The notes below the pieces were generated by a model. The model was not told the DNA's origin and searched no databases. It saw only the letters and a program-made list of their open reading frames with translations. DNA of 64,000 bases from Chiloscyllium plagiosum (Eukaryota): positions 49,749,239 to 49,813,238 of the forward strand of contig NC_057718.1 of NCBI RefSeq assembly GCF_004010195.1. Direction: 5' to 3'. Every line of letters begins with the position of its first letter. Position 1 is the first letter of the stretch. The translations under genes were made by a program, and so were the position numbers. This document shows, piece by piece, positions 25,750 through 39,803 of the stretch.

Positions 25750-26460
25750 TTCTCCAGATTGCTACAACTGAATATTGGCCTTTTTGGGCCAAAAAATTTA
25801 TTTAAATCAGCCTAAAGGAAGTGTTCCTCTACATGGACTCAGATCCTTGAGAATTCTCTCTCAAAAAGTTCACTTGGCAGTTTCAATTGTAAGTGTACAC
25901 ACCCAAAAGGTAGAAAATTGGCTGTTTAAGCCATTCAAATTCTCAGTACGTCTTGTCAAGCTGTTTCTGAAGGTTTGAAATTTTTGCTAGCGTACCTCAG
26001 ACACATACTTAAAACAGTTATTTGCACTCTCCTCAGGGAAGAGGGAATAAACTTTACGAAATTTCCCTGTCAGGCTACTCTGCAGTGTCCATTGTCAGAC
26101 TAGCTAGTTTAACTGCTGCCCTAACAGCTCGAAAACATGAAAGATCCACCTCTTCCTGATGACACATGGGGATTAAGTCTACGTTTGGTGGTGTTCTTAA
26201 TTTACCTTAATTTAGATTCCCCTCTCTCAGTTTGCGCTGTCCAGATTTGAACTCCCTTTCTCTACCATTTCCCCTTCCTCTTGCGCACTCTTTTCTGGAA
26301 TTACTTCCTCTTTTTCTCCTGGAGTTCCAGTTCTCACCATAGCCGTTCCAATCTTAATTTATCTGTCTCCACCTCTAGACATTTTGCCAGTCATTTTGCC
26401 ATTTGCATTTAAATGGCTTTTGGGTAGAATCTCATCTCTCAGCGCCTAGTTCCGTTTTTA
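25750..26460 (-). mobile_element. Decayed Gypsy (SCAN/Gmr1-like) gag remnant
   Basis: Minus strand gives an E/K/R-rich coil and YVSEVR*QKFQTFR, resembling the gag motif 'VPEAYRQKFR'. Multiple stops. Confidence 0.4.
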
Positions 26461-29199
26461 CTTCTACACAATGACAATGCCATCAATATTTTGCAAGGTA
26501 CCTCATCCTGCTCTATGAAAGCATTAATATCAAGACATAGACATCTTAGCACCTCAGTATTACAGAACCAAAAAAAAATACATTCTACAGCTACTTTTAA
26601 CAGCTTTTGAAGCAACAATTTGATTCCTCACTCCAATTCTTCAAATAATATTATGGTCCAGCCCATAACTTGGTGATGACCAAGTTAGGAGGGGTTCATC
26701 AGCTCCCCTCTTTTGAGTTTTCAGTTCTGCTTTAAACACTTGCTAGCTTTCTGGTTCCCTGCAACTGCAAAAAGAATTGCTCGATTTCAAAACTGAAATC
26801 TTTTCTTCGCCATTAACAGCCTGAAGCGACTTACAGCTAACAATCAATTATGTGATCAAGCATTTTATGGAAACGATTTCAATCCAGTTTGCACAATATC
26901 AGAAAATAATCTATTTTTCTTTTAAGCACACAGCTATATCACATTTCATTTAAAACTTGGTTCACCGATTCAGAAATGAAGAAGCCAATGATAAGGTTTT
27001 CTTGATGGAAAGAAAGAGGAATTTTATTGCTTACTAACACTGAGAAAAAATAAAATGCAACAGCAAGCACTCTCACATCCACACTTAGTTGCAAAGTTGA
27101 AAAAGTGGAGGACATCTAGCACAAGAAGGATAATGAAGAATATACAATTTGTGAAACGTCCTTAGAACCCTTGCAATACCAGGTCCAACCCAAGAACCAT
27201 GGCTGTTTAATTGTTGATTTGTATCCTTTACTAGTGCAAGATCAGTAGATAGCTTAGAACTCTTAGTGAATGAATGAATTAATGTTTTACCAATTTACTT
27301 TTTCACAGCTATGGAGCTCTTAAGGGCGGAGAGTAAAAAAAGGGAAAGAGACAGAGAAAATTTTTCAGTTCTACTGCAAAAAAAATCATTCTCCTTCCCT
27401 GCTCTGAGCCAAAGCTTCTACTTGAAATAGTGTTCCTCTGGACATTCCCATGTATGACTTCATTGCCTGCTCCCCCACCCATTTCCAAACAGGAATATGC
27501 AATATGTGAAATGTCCACAAAGTGTAAATAAAACAGGAATACAGATGAGTGAATGGTTAGTCACTTTATCAGCCATGTTAATTTCACTTCACACAAAAAA
27601 CAGCTTTTCCATGGTTTTGTGAACTGGCTCAAACTGTGGTCAGGTGATCACCGTGGCATCTTAAGTCAATGCATTTTCCTTTTTAAAAGAAAAGTATTCA
27701 TAAGAGTTCTAGCCGTTATGAATCAGATGATGGAAGTCAAAAATGAATTGCCTATTTTTACCACTACCTTAATAAGGTTGAGAAATAAAATAACCATTAA
27801 AACTGAATATTTGAGCCATCCAGACTTGAAATGTTAGCTTGCTCTCTCTCCATGGATGCTACCTAACCCACTGCGAACTCCAGCATTTGTTGTTTTCATT
27901 GTTTAAAACAAAGACTGAAATATGCAATGTGTAAAATATTTTACAGCTTTCCTCTTAATGATTATATTCACTTGCAGAAAATTGAAGACGGCGCTGGCAA
28001 GTTCCATAAACAATGATTGCAGGAATTGAAATTGCAAACATGGAAAAACCTGGAATTCCTACTGTTGCAAAACTATATTTAATCCCTCCAAATCTTGTCT
28101 GCAGTTATGCAGAAAGGTATATACAACCCTTTAAAGTACCCCAAAAAAACACATCTTCACTCTGGTAGCATAAAGCAACTATTTAAATAAGAATTTATAC
28201 TTCAGTAATCTTGATGTTGTGGTGTGCAAAACTGAGGACAGACAGAAAAAAGTGAGTTAATCCTTCAAATGAACCTGTTATCCATAATACATTGATAAGA
28301 AATACATAGAACACATAACTTCTTTAAAAAATTCCAATTTTGCTTTAAAGACTTGCTGCCTCTCAGGTTCTCCACAGCTCAGGAAAGCAATGCTCGAATT
28401 CAAAAGTGGAGTCTCTCCTTGTTTATAAATTTCTTTAGACTATTAGAGCCAAACAGTCCATTATGCCATCAAACATTTTACAGGAATAATTTCAGTCCAG
28501 TTTGCACAACATTTTTTCAATTTGAAAATAATCTTTAATTCAATGACTGAACAGACCATTCTTAAAAGGTCAAAAGGAGTAAAATTATTGAATAATCAGC
28601 GATGAAATGGCTTAGTGGCATTATCTCTAGATTATTCATCCAAAAACTCAGTTAATGCTCGGGGGACCCTGCTTCAAATCTAGCCACAGCGGATGGTGGA
28701 ATTTGAATTCTACCTGGAGTTCAGAATATACTCATGACCATGGAACCATTCTGATTGTCGGGAAAAACCCATCTGATTCAGTAATACCCTTCAGGAAAAG
28801 AAATCACCTCATCTGGTCTACATGTGACTCCAGACCCACAGCAATGGGGTTGATTCTGAAATGGCAAAGCCAGCCACTCAGTTGTATCAATTGCTACAAA
28901 GTCTCAGCAAAGAAATGAAACCAAGCCAAACACCTGGCATCGAGCTAGTCACTGGAAACGACAATGGCAAATACTGCCCTATCAACTCTGCAAAGTCCTC
29001 CTTACCAACATCTGGAGGCTAGTCCAAAACTGGGGGAGCTGTCACCCAGACCAGTCAAACAACAGCCTAACATTGGCCATAAGTTATGATTCTGTGACTA
29101 TGTCCCATATAGCATCCTCACCACTCAAAGGTATGTCTTGCCCCACCAGCAGGACAGACCGAGCAGAGGTGGTAGTAGTGGCATACAGTTGGAAGGGAC

Positions 29200-30385
29200 C
29201 ATAAGCTGTAGGAACAGAATTAGACCATTCAGCCCATCAAGCCTGTTCCACCATTTGATCATTGCTGATATGTTTCTCAATCCCATTCTCCTGCCTTCTC
29301 CCCGGAGTCTTTAATCCCCTGACTAAACAAGAACATATCTATCTCTACCTTAAAGACACTCAATGACATTGCCTCCATAATTTTCTGTGGCAATGAATTC
29401 CACAGATTCACCACCTTCTCTTTGAAGAAATTTCTCCTCATCTGTGGTGAAACGGTTAAAAATTATGTCCCAATACATGTGTGAATCTAACCGGAATGGA
29501 GGTGTTGCTTAGTCCCGTGTGAATCTTATTACACACCTCCCCGTGTGAATCTTCTTATCTGTATGTAACCAGAATGGAATGTGTTTTTTAGCCTTGCTCT
29601 GCTGTTCACATGAATGTTTATATCTGGAAAAGAGTATATCAGCTGGAAAAGTCTCCAGTTCGGTGAGTCTGCTCCGGGGTTACGTTTAACCGCCGAGCGT
29701 GGGTTGTTGGCAACCGCTCTACGAGAACTGACGGCTCCCAGTTCCGGTAACATGTAGAGTGAGTATAAGCCAGACCCGTTGTATGAGACCTGGTTGTGGC
29801 GACGCTGCGGGGAATAAAATGCCCATATTCTAGCAGACTCGCCTCTTGGTCGTTTGTTCTGTGTCAGACTACTCTCCTACAAACGTGACCTTGAGAATTT
29901 TTTAAAACATCATCTCACTTCTAAAAGGCTGTCCCTTCACCGAGGCTGTGCCCCCCCAGACTTAGTGTCTCCTACTAGCGGAAGCATATTCTCAACGTCC
30001 ATTCAATCCAGGACTCTCCGCTTTCTGAGAGTTTCAATCAAGTCCTTGCCCCTTGCCCGTCCCCCCCAAACCATACTAAGCTCCAGTGGGTACAGGCCCA
30101 GAGTTCTCAACCGCTCATTTGACAAGCTCTTCGTGCCGAAGGCACATGCATGTGCCTTCCTAACTGCCAACTGAACCTGCATTTTAACCTTATGAGAATC
30201 TTGAGCTAGGACTCCGCGCCCAAATCCCACTATGTTTCAGATTTCGAAAGCCTTTCCCCAGTTAGAAAATAGTCAATGCCTCTATACTTCCTACCAATCT
30301 GCATAACCTCACACTTTCCCACACTGTATTTCATCTGCTGTTTCTTTGCCACTCACCTGTCCAAGTCCTTCTGCAACCTCCCTGC
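29200..30385 (-). mobile_element. CR1 3' fragment nested in the larger LINE
   Basis: Minus ORF ...ERLRTLGLYPLE...KDLIET plus a CR1-type tail. Confidence 0.75.
29443..29909 (+). mobile_element. Solo LTR (467 bp)
   Basis: TG...CA ends, 5-bp TSD TCATC at 29438-42 and 29910-14, TATAA at ~29764, AATAAA at 29813-18, internal short repeats. Confidence 0.85.
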
Positions 30386-31361
30386 AGCTTCCAGTTGCCC
30401 TGGGAATCCTTAACATTGATTCTAGCCCCCATGAAGTCTCATGGTATCGGGTTAAACATGGGCAAGGAAACCTCCTGCTGATTAACACATAGCATGCTCT
30501 CTCAGCAGATGAATCAGTATTTCTCCATGTTTAACAACACTTAGGAGGAAGCACTGAGGATGGCAATGACGCACAATGTATTTTTGGCGGGAGATTTCAA
30601 TGTCCACCATCAACAGCACTACTGATCAAGCTGCTAAAGTCCTAAAAGACGTAGCTGCTAAACTGGGTCTGCAGCAGGTGTGAGGGAACCAACAACAGGG
30701 AAAAACATACTTGGCCTCATCCTCACTAATCTGCCGGTTGCAGATACAGCTGCATGACAGTAACGAGAAGAATGACCACTTCACAGTCCTTGTGGAAACA
30801 AAGTTCCACCTCCACTGTGCTGACTGGCACTATTATCATGCTAAATGGGACAGATTTCAAACATATCTAGTAACTCAAGACTGAGCTTCCATGAGGTGCT
30901 TTGGACAATCAGCAGCAGCTGAACTGCACTTCAGCACAATCTGTAACTTCATGGCACAGCATATTTCCCACTGAACCATTGCCATCAAATCAGGGGATCA
31001 GTGCTGGTTCAATGGAGGGTGCAGGATGGCATGCCAGGAGCAGCACCAGACATAACTAAAAATGAGGTGTTGACCTGGTGAAGCTACCAAACAGGATGAC
31101 TTGCACGCCGACCATCAAGTCATTGACAGAGCTAAGCGAGTCCACAACCAACAGATCAGATTTAAGCTCTGCAGTCCTGCCATATAGAGTCGTGAATGAT
31201 GATAGACAATTAAACAACTCACTGGAGGAGGTAGTTCTACAAATACACCCACCCTCCGTGATGGGAGAGCCCAACACATCAGTGCAAAATATAAGGCAGA
31301 GGCATTTGCAGCATTCCTCAGCCAGAAGTCGATGATCCATCTTGGCCTTCTCCAGTGGTCC

Positions 31362-31426
31362 TGCTGCGCTTTTCCAGCATGACATTTTTAAGCTCTGATC
31401 TCCAGCATCTGCAGTCCTCACTTTCT
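31362..31426 (+). mobile_element. 65-bp truncated PLE terminal fragment
   Basis: 16-bp direct repeat ccttctccagtggtcc at 31346-61 and 31427-42. Confidence 0.8.
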
Positions 31427-33013
31427 CCTTCTCCAGTGGTCCCCAGCATTAGATACTAACCTTCAGCCAATTCCATTCACTCCACGTGATATCAAGAAAC
31501 GGTTGGAGGAATTGGATACTGCAAAGATTATGGGGCTCTGATGATAGTCTGGAAAAAATACTAAAGGCTTGTGCTCCACAATCTGTTGCTCACTTAGCCA
31601 AGTTGTTTCAGTACATATTCAACAATGGCGTCTACCTGACAATGTGGAAAATTGCCCAGCTACGTGTCCTTACACAAAAAGCAGGGCAAATCCAACCCGG
31701 CAAATTATCATCCCATTAATCTTCTCTCAGTTATTAGTAAAGTCACTATCAAGCAGCACCTGCTCAGCAATAACCTTCTCACTGTCTCACAGGCCATTCA
31801 GCTCCTGACCACAACACAGCATTGGGTTCAAACAGAGACAAAAGAGCTGAATTCCAGAGATGAGAGGGGAATGACAGCCCTTGATATCAAGGCCACCATT
31901 CGACGGACAGTAGTATCAAGGAGACCTAGCAAAACTGGAGTCAATGGATATCAGGGCAAATTCTCCACTGGTTGTAGTTATGCATGGTACCAAGGAAGAT
32001 GATTGTGGCTGTTGGAGGTCAGTCACCTCAGCTCCAAGGCATCTCTGTAGGAGTTCCTCAGTGTAGGGTCCCAGGCCCAACCATCTTCAGCTGCTTTATC
32101 AATGACCTTTCCTCTACCATAAAGTCAGAAGTCGGAAAGTTCACCAACGATTGCACAATGTTCAGTATCATTTGTGACATCTCAGAAGCTGAAGCAGTCC
32201 ATGTTTAAATGCAACAAGATTTGGGGAATAAACATGGCTTGGATTGACAAATGGCATGTTAACACCACACAAATGCCAGGCTACGACCATCTCCAATAAG
32301 AGGCAATCTAACCACTAGCCCTTGACATTCAATGGAGTTTCCATTACTGAATCTCTACACCTCCCCCCCTCCCCGACACAATCAACATCCTGGTGATATT
32401 GTTGACCAGAAGCTGAACTGCACTCACCATATAAATACTGTGGCTTCAACTCCACACCAAAGGTTAGGAATCCTGCAGCGAGTAACTCACTCTCCAAAGC
32501 CTGTTCACCATATAGAAGACACAAGTCAGGAATGTGATGGAATCATCCCCAGTTGCCTGGCTGGGTTCAACCCCAGCAAAACTCAAGTAGCTTGGCACCA
32601 TCCAGGACAAAACCATCCATTTGTTTGGCATCACATCACTCCCTCCACCACTAACACTCAGTACACACTGCTGCTACTACCTACAAGATGCACTGCAGAA
32701 ATTGATCAGAGATTCTTAGACAGCACCTTCCAAACTAATGACCACTTCCACCTAGAAGGACAAAGGCAGCAGATACAGGGGACCGCCATCACCTGCAAGT
32801 TCCCTTCCATGCCTCCCACTATCCTGACTTCAAAATATAGTGCTTAAGTGTCGCTGGGTCAAAATCCTGGAATTCCTTCCCTAAGTACATTTCAGTCAAC
32901 CTACAGCACATGGACCACCACCACCTTCTTAAGGGGAACTAGGGATGGACAAGAAATGTTGCCAAGCTAGCAATGAGAACATCCCACATGAGAACTGAAA
33001 ACAGTGTACATAC

Positions 33014-33137
33014 TCAGCTATAACTTTCTTCATCTGTTTTATTAAACATTTCCATACGTGGTAGTTTTCTTTCCATGTAGAAAAATCTAGAAGACAGAAG
33101 AGGACACCCAGTGCTTCCTTACGATGCTTCTTTTTTT
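33014..33137 (-). CDS. TAF1A: TAF1A coding exon 8 (124 nt)
   Basis: cag|...|gtatgt. KKKHRKEALGVLFCLLDFSTWKENYHVWKCLIKQMKKVIA, phase 1-2. Confidence 0.93.
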
Positions 33138-33450
33138 CTGAAACCAAATGAGAAAATATGGATGAAGCTTCTGGTTTTAAGTGATAAGATTTTCTTTAAT
33201 TAACTGAGTTCACAGATCAATGCTGTGGTCAGTAGTTAGTACTCTTGTCTGAGTCAGTCAAAGCGGTGCAAATCTTTCCTATAGATATTTTCTAATTAAC
33301 CTGTTCACAGATGTCATGACAGACCTCTAGGGTACTTAGAACTTGAACCCAGGCCTCCTGGCTTGGAGGTAGGGACACCACCACTGTGCCTCAAGATCCT
33401 ATTATACACTTGCTTTTCAGCAAAAACAATATTTTCACTGAAGTACTTAC

Positions 33451-33517
33451 TTGATTGGAGTAGTAGCGAGTGAAATTCTAACATCAGTTCATGGGAAGGA
33501 ACCAGCTGATGCAAGAT
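33451..33517 (-). CDS. TAF1A: TAF1A coding exon 7 (67 nt)
   Basis: tag|...|gtaagt. ILHQLVPSHELMLEFHSLLLQS, containing the VPSH.LMLEFH motif. Confidence 0.95.
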
Positions 33518-35128
33518 CTAAAGATTCAACAGAAACACTTCAGTAAATAGTGCTATGTCCTAAAAGGGGTACAATGGGATAGTACACATTTAATAAACAA
33601 ATCTATCTCCATAAAATGTTACACAATGTATTTCCAAAGCAGACAGGCACAAAATTAATAGATGCTGGTTACTATGAACAAACAGTGACATTACAAGCTT
33701 GTTAAAACAATGTTTCAGAGGCCTGCGGCCTGCAAAACAGGGTACTTGTACCCAACGTTGATGTGTACACGTGCCGACTGGTCAGCAGTCACAGATATGT
33801 ATTTTCACTCTGCTTTCAGATACTGGCTTCTGGGAAGAACTTGCATTTTTCATAAAACATTAAAGAAGAAAATCAAGTGAAATTTATTAATTGTCACTGA
33901 AGAAAACCAACGATTTTTAACAGTATAATAAATATTATAGTTGGAACAGAAGCTAAACCATAACAAAATGATTGAGAATATGGCTAATCAAGAGGTGCAG
34001 TTTCTACAAATGCCCTCTGTGCTTCTGCTCAAAAATAACCAGGACGAGATGGAGGAGCTCCAGCAAACGATCCTTGGAAAGTAAAGGCAGATCTGATCTT
34101 TGACCACATAAGTAATCCACAAGCTTCCACTAGATCTTGGACCTCCAGCCTTAAACTGAACGTCCAAGTCTTAACAGCCACACCAGCCATGCCTGAGTGG
34201 GTAGAACTTTTAGCTTGGAGTCACAACACATGCACTCCAGGGCTTGTGTTTAAACAAAAAAATCTAAGCTAATACACCAGAGGGAATACTGTCGTGTTGG
34301 GAGTGTCATCTTTCAGATGACATGTTAAGACACAGTTCCTTCTTGGTGGAGACACATTGAAGATCCCACTGCACGGTTTTGAAGAGGAACACGGGAGTTC
34401 TCCACAATGCCCCGGCCCATATATGCCTCTCAAGCAGCATCACAAAGCAAAGCTTTAACAAAGCTGTTCTTTCCAAACAAATACAGTAAACCCTTTCTAA
34501 AACAAAAAGTTGTTAGCTAATCTGTACAAAATAATGAGTCAAAATAAAGAGGTTATGAATTCTTCAGTTTGTTACAAGATTGTAATGTGAGTTGGCCTTG
34601 TTCCACCTCAGCCCCTGGCCTGAGATCTAGGCTCAGTCACAATACTGGGAAGTGACTGGTTATTTAGGCTTGAGCAACACCCCCTCAAAGCTCAACCAGT
34701 CAGCACAAGTCAACAGTGAAGCAGACAGTTATTCTGCCTCCTCTATGATGGATTAACCACAACAGGATGGCTCCACGTGCAGAAAGCAGACCAGAGCAAA
34801 TGGATGAGGACAGACAATTGCAACACAGCTTAAGGCAACAGCTGTTAATTCACCAGATATGCCTGCTATCCCATGCAGCAAAACAACCAAAAAAAAGCCG
34901 ACTAAAAATAAAGTCTTTAAAGCTTGCAGTGAAGTGCCACATACAGACAAGTCCAGGAGCATGAACTAGCCAGCTGTAATGTACATACAAATTCAATACA
35001 TCTCCAATCGGTGCAACAGAGGCAAATATGGTCTTTGCAGTGAAGAGGAGAACAATGTAATAAATGCTGTAATCAACAAATGAAGTAAATCAGACCCTTC
35101 TCGCAATATTCAGACAAGTGAATCTTAC

Positions 35129-35287
35129 CCTCAGTACTTTGATCAGTTTTTTAGCCGAGGTATTGTGTTTTTTCAGGAACTCGTACAAATATACATGAGC
35201 ATTTGGGTTTGGTGGAAATCTGCTATTATAAGCATAATTGTTTAACACGGTCAGTGCTTCTTCAAAACCATCATAGAAATCAAGGAG
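35129..35287 (-). CDS. TAF1A: TAF1A coding exon 6 (159 nt)
   Basis: cag|...|gtaaga. LLDFYDGFEEALTVLNNYAYNSRFPPNPNAHVYLYEFLKKHNTSAKKLIKVLR, containing the NYAY..FP.NPNAH.YLY motif. Confidence 0.95.
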
Positions 35288-35574
35288 CTGAAATCAAAAA
35301 CGATACAAGTTATCAACATTTACAAGGGGGGGGGTCAATGGAGATATTCAAATTAATTGCAGGTAAAGGTATATTTTCTGCTCATTCTCATCGGTGACTG
35401 TTTTGGAAGGGGAAGCTTCAACCAACTAGCTAGTTAATCATTCTGCAGCTTCCACACACTTGAAAATAACACAACATTAAGAGCCTCAGCAGTCAGCTGT
35501 CAGGATATCTTAGATAGCAATGACATTTTGAAGGAAACATTCAAAGGCATTGAAAGATCTTATGGAGGCTGGTG

Positions 35575-35870
35575 TCCAGTCACTAAGCCACCCTTTATTT
35601 ACCTGTGCTCAGTACATGGATTCTGACCAGCTAGGACAGAGCCAGTCCCCAGAGGAGTGAATCTTCTAAAGACTGGTTCTGCAATCACTGATAAAGTGAC
35701 ACTGGTATCAACCTCCATTAAAACCAGGTGACCATTTAACCAGATGTCTATTTTGATTGGTTCTGATTTGGATATTGCCAAGCAATTTAAGCATTCCAAA
35801 CCACATGTAGGTAGACTTTCCAGAATATACACACACCAAGATACCAGCCTCCACAGAGTTATTTCAGGCA
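35575..35870 (-). mobile_element. Gypsy-like remnant (aspartic protease fragment + LTR-like piece)
   Basis: PIKIDIWLNGHLVLMEVDTSVTLSVI matches the retropepsin D(T/S)G region. Confidence 0.6.
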
Positions 35871-37198
35871 TAGAGATCTGAAACTGGGACTATTATCCAA
35901 CAATTAGCAGCTGGAATATCTCGCATTAACACTAAAAAAAACAGACCATGCACCACCGTCTAAGGGGTTACAAAATACAAGGAATAACAAATGTTTTTCT
36001 CTTGAGCCTTTTCTTTTATTTCTGACACAGAGACATCATCTATTTCAGCTGTAAATGCTAAACAATAGTTCCTACTGATGATTGAATGCAATCAGCACAC
36101 TGAGTTAGGGGATTCACGTTCAATGGTGATTTCGGAGATGTTTACACCCACAAGCACGACTTTTCACAAAACCAGAGAATCCTGCAGATAGCCCTTGGCC
36201 CAAGTTAAAAGAAAATTATTAATTGATCCCAAATGGCCTAACACACAGAGGAAACATCTCTCAAGCTGGGCTACAAAGAACAGGACTCCGAGAACACAGA
36301 ATGAGGATGTATAAATTCAGTAAACTATTCACTTACAATAGCTGTACGCAAGTCAGAAAGCACCCTCCAGTGGGCAAGTATATGGAAAATTTATGTTCAA
36401 AACACAAGAATCTCGCCACAAGTAAAAATTATGGACAAATGAAAAACAGCGAAGCAAAATTCAGTTACTCCACTTCAGTCAGTATTTAATATATTTGCTC
36501 CATTTGCAATTTAACAGATTTCTTCAACCATGGTCTGCAAGACCTTCTATTCAACTTTCTGATACCTACTCCCCAACATATTTCAGAAAGAATTGTGTAA
36601 ATAGCTAAAAGTTGCAGCACCAATTTCCCAAGCACTCACTCAGGCTGTGAATATGGCAGCAAACCCAACAAAGAACTTGCATTTATTTAAGATCTTTCAG
36701 GGCATTCCGAATCCCTTCACCCTTCAAATAAGTATGTTTTGATGTACGATCATTGCTATAATATAGGTACACACAAGAAGGTCTCATATTACACAATGAG
36801 ACAAATCACCAAATCATGTGAGGGCACTGACTGAGGATAAATATTGATCAAAGTACCAGAAGAGCTCCCATGTACTTCTAGCAATTGTGTCACAGAAGCT
36901 TAGCAGCGACCATACCTTCATGAAATGTTTTATACGTAAGACAGCAATAGTGCAGCACTCAAAGGAACTATAATGAGGAAGAGCCCAGATAGTGCGCTCA
37001 TCTCTTTGGAATGGGACTTGAATCTTTAAACCCATTACTGTGAAGTTATTGTCCCAGCACTCCAACTGTTGTGCTTCGAACCAATAGAAAGGAACACTGT
37101 GGCAGTATTAAGCTCCTTGCAAAAACTAGTTAGTAACAGGGAGAATGTTGAAGTCTTAAAGCATTTTGTGTTAAGTATCCAGAGGTACTGAAACTTAC

Positions 37199-37326
37199 AT
37201 TTACATAACTGAGTATGAAGGGATCCCAAACACCAGGATTTTCTACAGCATCACGTAGACCAATAGAGGCTTGTCGGAAATAGTTGTGCATCTCTTGCAC
37301 TCTGCCCGAATTGATTTCGGCATCAC
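37199..37326 (-). CDS. TAF1A: TAF1A coding exon 5 (128 nt)
   Basis: cag|...|gtaagt. DAEINSGRVQEMHNYFRQASIGLRDAVENPGVWDPFILSYVN, containing the PGVWDPF motif. Confidence 0.95.
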
Positions 37327-37485
37327 CTGGTTTTAGAGTACAAAGTGTTACTTCTTGTAAAAAGTACAAAAACTTACATTCATCCTACTGCATCTTCAAA
37401 TACAAAGTGTCTTACGGTGTTCCCCAGGAGCACAGTCAGACAAAACCAAGAGTGGGTCATAGAAAGACACTCTTTGCATGTTGAT

Positions 37486-37669
37486 AGAAGGTGAGGACTG
37501 CAGATGCTGGAGATCAGAGTCAAAAAGTGTTATGCTGGAAAAGCACTGCAGGCCAGGCAGCATCCGTGGAGCAGGAGAGTCGACATTTCGTGCATAAACT
37601 CTTCATCAGGAATGACATTCCTCGGAAGCTGCCTGACCTTCAGTGCTTTTCCAGCACCACACGTTTTGA
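37486..37669. mobile_element. PLE-derived fold-back element in TAF1A intron
   Basis: 14-bp TSD ctttgcatgttgat at 37472-85 and 37670-83; degenerate hammerhead on minus at ~37582-37609. Confidence 0.85.
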
Positions 37670-38282
37670 CTTTGCATGTTGATGCCAAAAGAGAAACATG
37701 GAGCAATCAAGGCCGAATTTCTGAAGCCTTGCAAAGATAAAAGGACAGGAAGCAAAAGCAGTGCTAGCAATTCTGGCTCTAACTGCACAAGCAGCAGTAA
37801 CAAAACAAATTTTACTGTGTTACATTATAGAGGGGAGATGCTGCAACAGAACAGGGAAGCCAAAACATCAGGGACAACTGAAAGGATAAGGGGCACAAGG
37901 AAAGCTAGTGCATCATGGACATAGTCAAAGAATCAAATGACGATTGTTTCAAAGCTGAAGCAAGGGCTGAAACTCAACTCAAAGATTTCACCATGAGGTA
38001 CTTTCAGATCTTTGGAAAAAGTGAAAACTAGTTTTTAGCAAAATGTGCAGTACAATACTAAAAATCCAAGTCATATAAGTGGTCACAGATAGAGAGGAAA
38101 GTAGGCATTTTACAGTGGGAGATGTGGGAATGGGGAGGGGCAGGATTTTAACCCTGACACAAGCACATTTTGTTGTGCGGTGTGTACATCAATCTCAAAT
38201 CTGAACTCAAAGCTGTCCACTGCCCACTTCCAGAGGAAAGATGACTGGAAGCATACCAACCATCTTCTTGGGGGCAAATTAG

Positions 38283-38652
38283 ATTCATAGAACCGCTACA
38301 GTGCAGGAAGAGGCTGTTTGGTCCATCAGGTCACATACCAACTCTCTGAAGAACATCCCAGCCAGACCCAACATCGTCATCCTGCATTTAGTGAGACTAA
38401 TCCACCTAATTTGCACATCCCTGGGCGCTATGGGGCAAGTTAGCCTGGCCAATCCACCTAACCTGCACACCTTTGGATTGTGGGAGGAAAATGCAGCTTC
38501 CAAAGAACATGAACACAAAATTCTGGCTCCAACTGCACAGGCAGACACGGGGAGAACACTCAAATTCCACACGGTCATCCAAAGTTGAAATCGAACCTGG
38601 GTCTCTGGCACGGTAAGGCAGCAGTGCTAACCACTGAGCCACTGTGCTGCCC
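38283..38652 (-). mobile_element. HE1-like SINE
   Basis: Reverse complement of the family at 4177 and 12383. Confidence 0.85.
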
Positions 38653-38884
38653 AAGTTGCTTGACGCAGCAGGCAAGTGCCTATGTCAAAGTTCACATGGG
38701 CCAAGAGGAGCAGGAGCAATCCTTTCCTGAGATGCCAGCAAACTGCTTTCACAATTGGCCAACACCATCCTGCATAAGGTACCCATTCCTGATTGCATGA
38801 CTGCCCTGCACGTGCACAAACACGCAGTTCAAGCAGGATGCTAAGAATAGCAGTGCACGTTAAGGCTCCACAATAAGCACTTAC

Positions 38885-39083
38885 CTTGCTCATGAAGAGT
38901 ACTATTCTTTTTAACCCATGTATAATAGTCAAGCAATGACCTATAACCCTGAATGAGTTTCAGCACTTTTTGCTGAGCTGCAGAATTTTCACCATATCGC
39001 CATGTTTCAGCTAGAGACAATTCCCTGTAGGCTTCCTCCATCTTTCCATTGCACAACAGGTGAATAGCATGCTCCAAGCAGAT
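38885..39083 (-). CDS. TAF1A: TAF1A coding exon 4 (199 nt)
   Basis: aag|...|gtaagt. ICLEHAIHLLCNGKMEEAYRELSLAETWRYGENSAAQQKVLKLIQGYRSLLDYYTWVKK, containing the characteristic LS.AETWR.GE and YYTW motifs. Confidence 0.95.
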
Positions 39084-39689
39084 CTTGGGGAACAGAGAGA
39101 AGAGGGGAGATTCTAGTTTACTTGATGCTGCAAGTTAGGCTTTTTAAACATGTACACAAGCACATTCACTGGATAGCCACATCAATCCCATAATGCACCA
39201 TGAAGGGTAAGATTTGTTCAGATTTAATAAAGGTCTTGATAAAGTAACTGATCTCTGGCAAGTAATCATAATGGGTACCAACGGTGGGTTAAATCGTTTA
39301 GTACTTATTGAATCTAAATTCTATAAAAACGATCCCAGGAAGGAATCCTTTTATTAAAAGATCCAAACAAATTACAAAGAGATAATAATGTCTCAGAACT
39401 TGTCCGTAATACAAGGGTAACAGGTGATATGAATATCTTGGTGAACTATAAATCAGTAATTCCAAAAAAAGTAAAAATATTTTAAGAAGAAAAAGATGTG
39501 TAAGCTAACAACTTCACCAATTAGGCATTTGAGAACAACACGATCGCAACATTTAAATTCAAACACATTAACAGAGTGAAGTTCACTACACTTTGGAAGT
39601 ACTTCATTGGCTATAAAGATCTTTAAGGTGCCGGAAGGTCACGAGAAGTGCTATAAATGAGGAGGAGCCGGAGTATTTCCTTTACTTAC

Positions 39690-39803
39690 CTTCAGGAAAT
39701 GTTTGACTCCTATACTCTTCATTTTCCTAGCAAATGAACTGACGTCCTCAATGCAGCTATTGGGATGATACTGAAGTATTGCAGTTCCAATCATCCAAAT
39801 GAC
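39690..39803 (-). CDS. TAF1A: TAF1A coding exon 3 (114 nt)
   Basis: cag|...|gtaagt. VIWMIGTAILQYHPNSCIEDVSSFARKMKSIGVKHFLK, phase 0-0. Confidence 0.93.

Larger units (their letters stand above)
28600..32995 (+). mobile_element. Near full-length decayed CR1/L2-group LINE (APE + RT) with nested insertions
   Basis: tRNA/SINE-like 5' end, endonuclease remnants (GDFNVHH), RT motifs ALDIKA and GVPQ..V.GPTIFSCFINDL, FTND for FADD, and a 3' tail ending ~32995. Confidence 0.85.
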
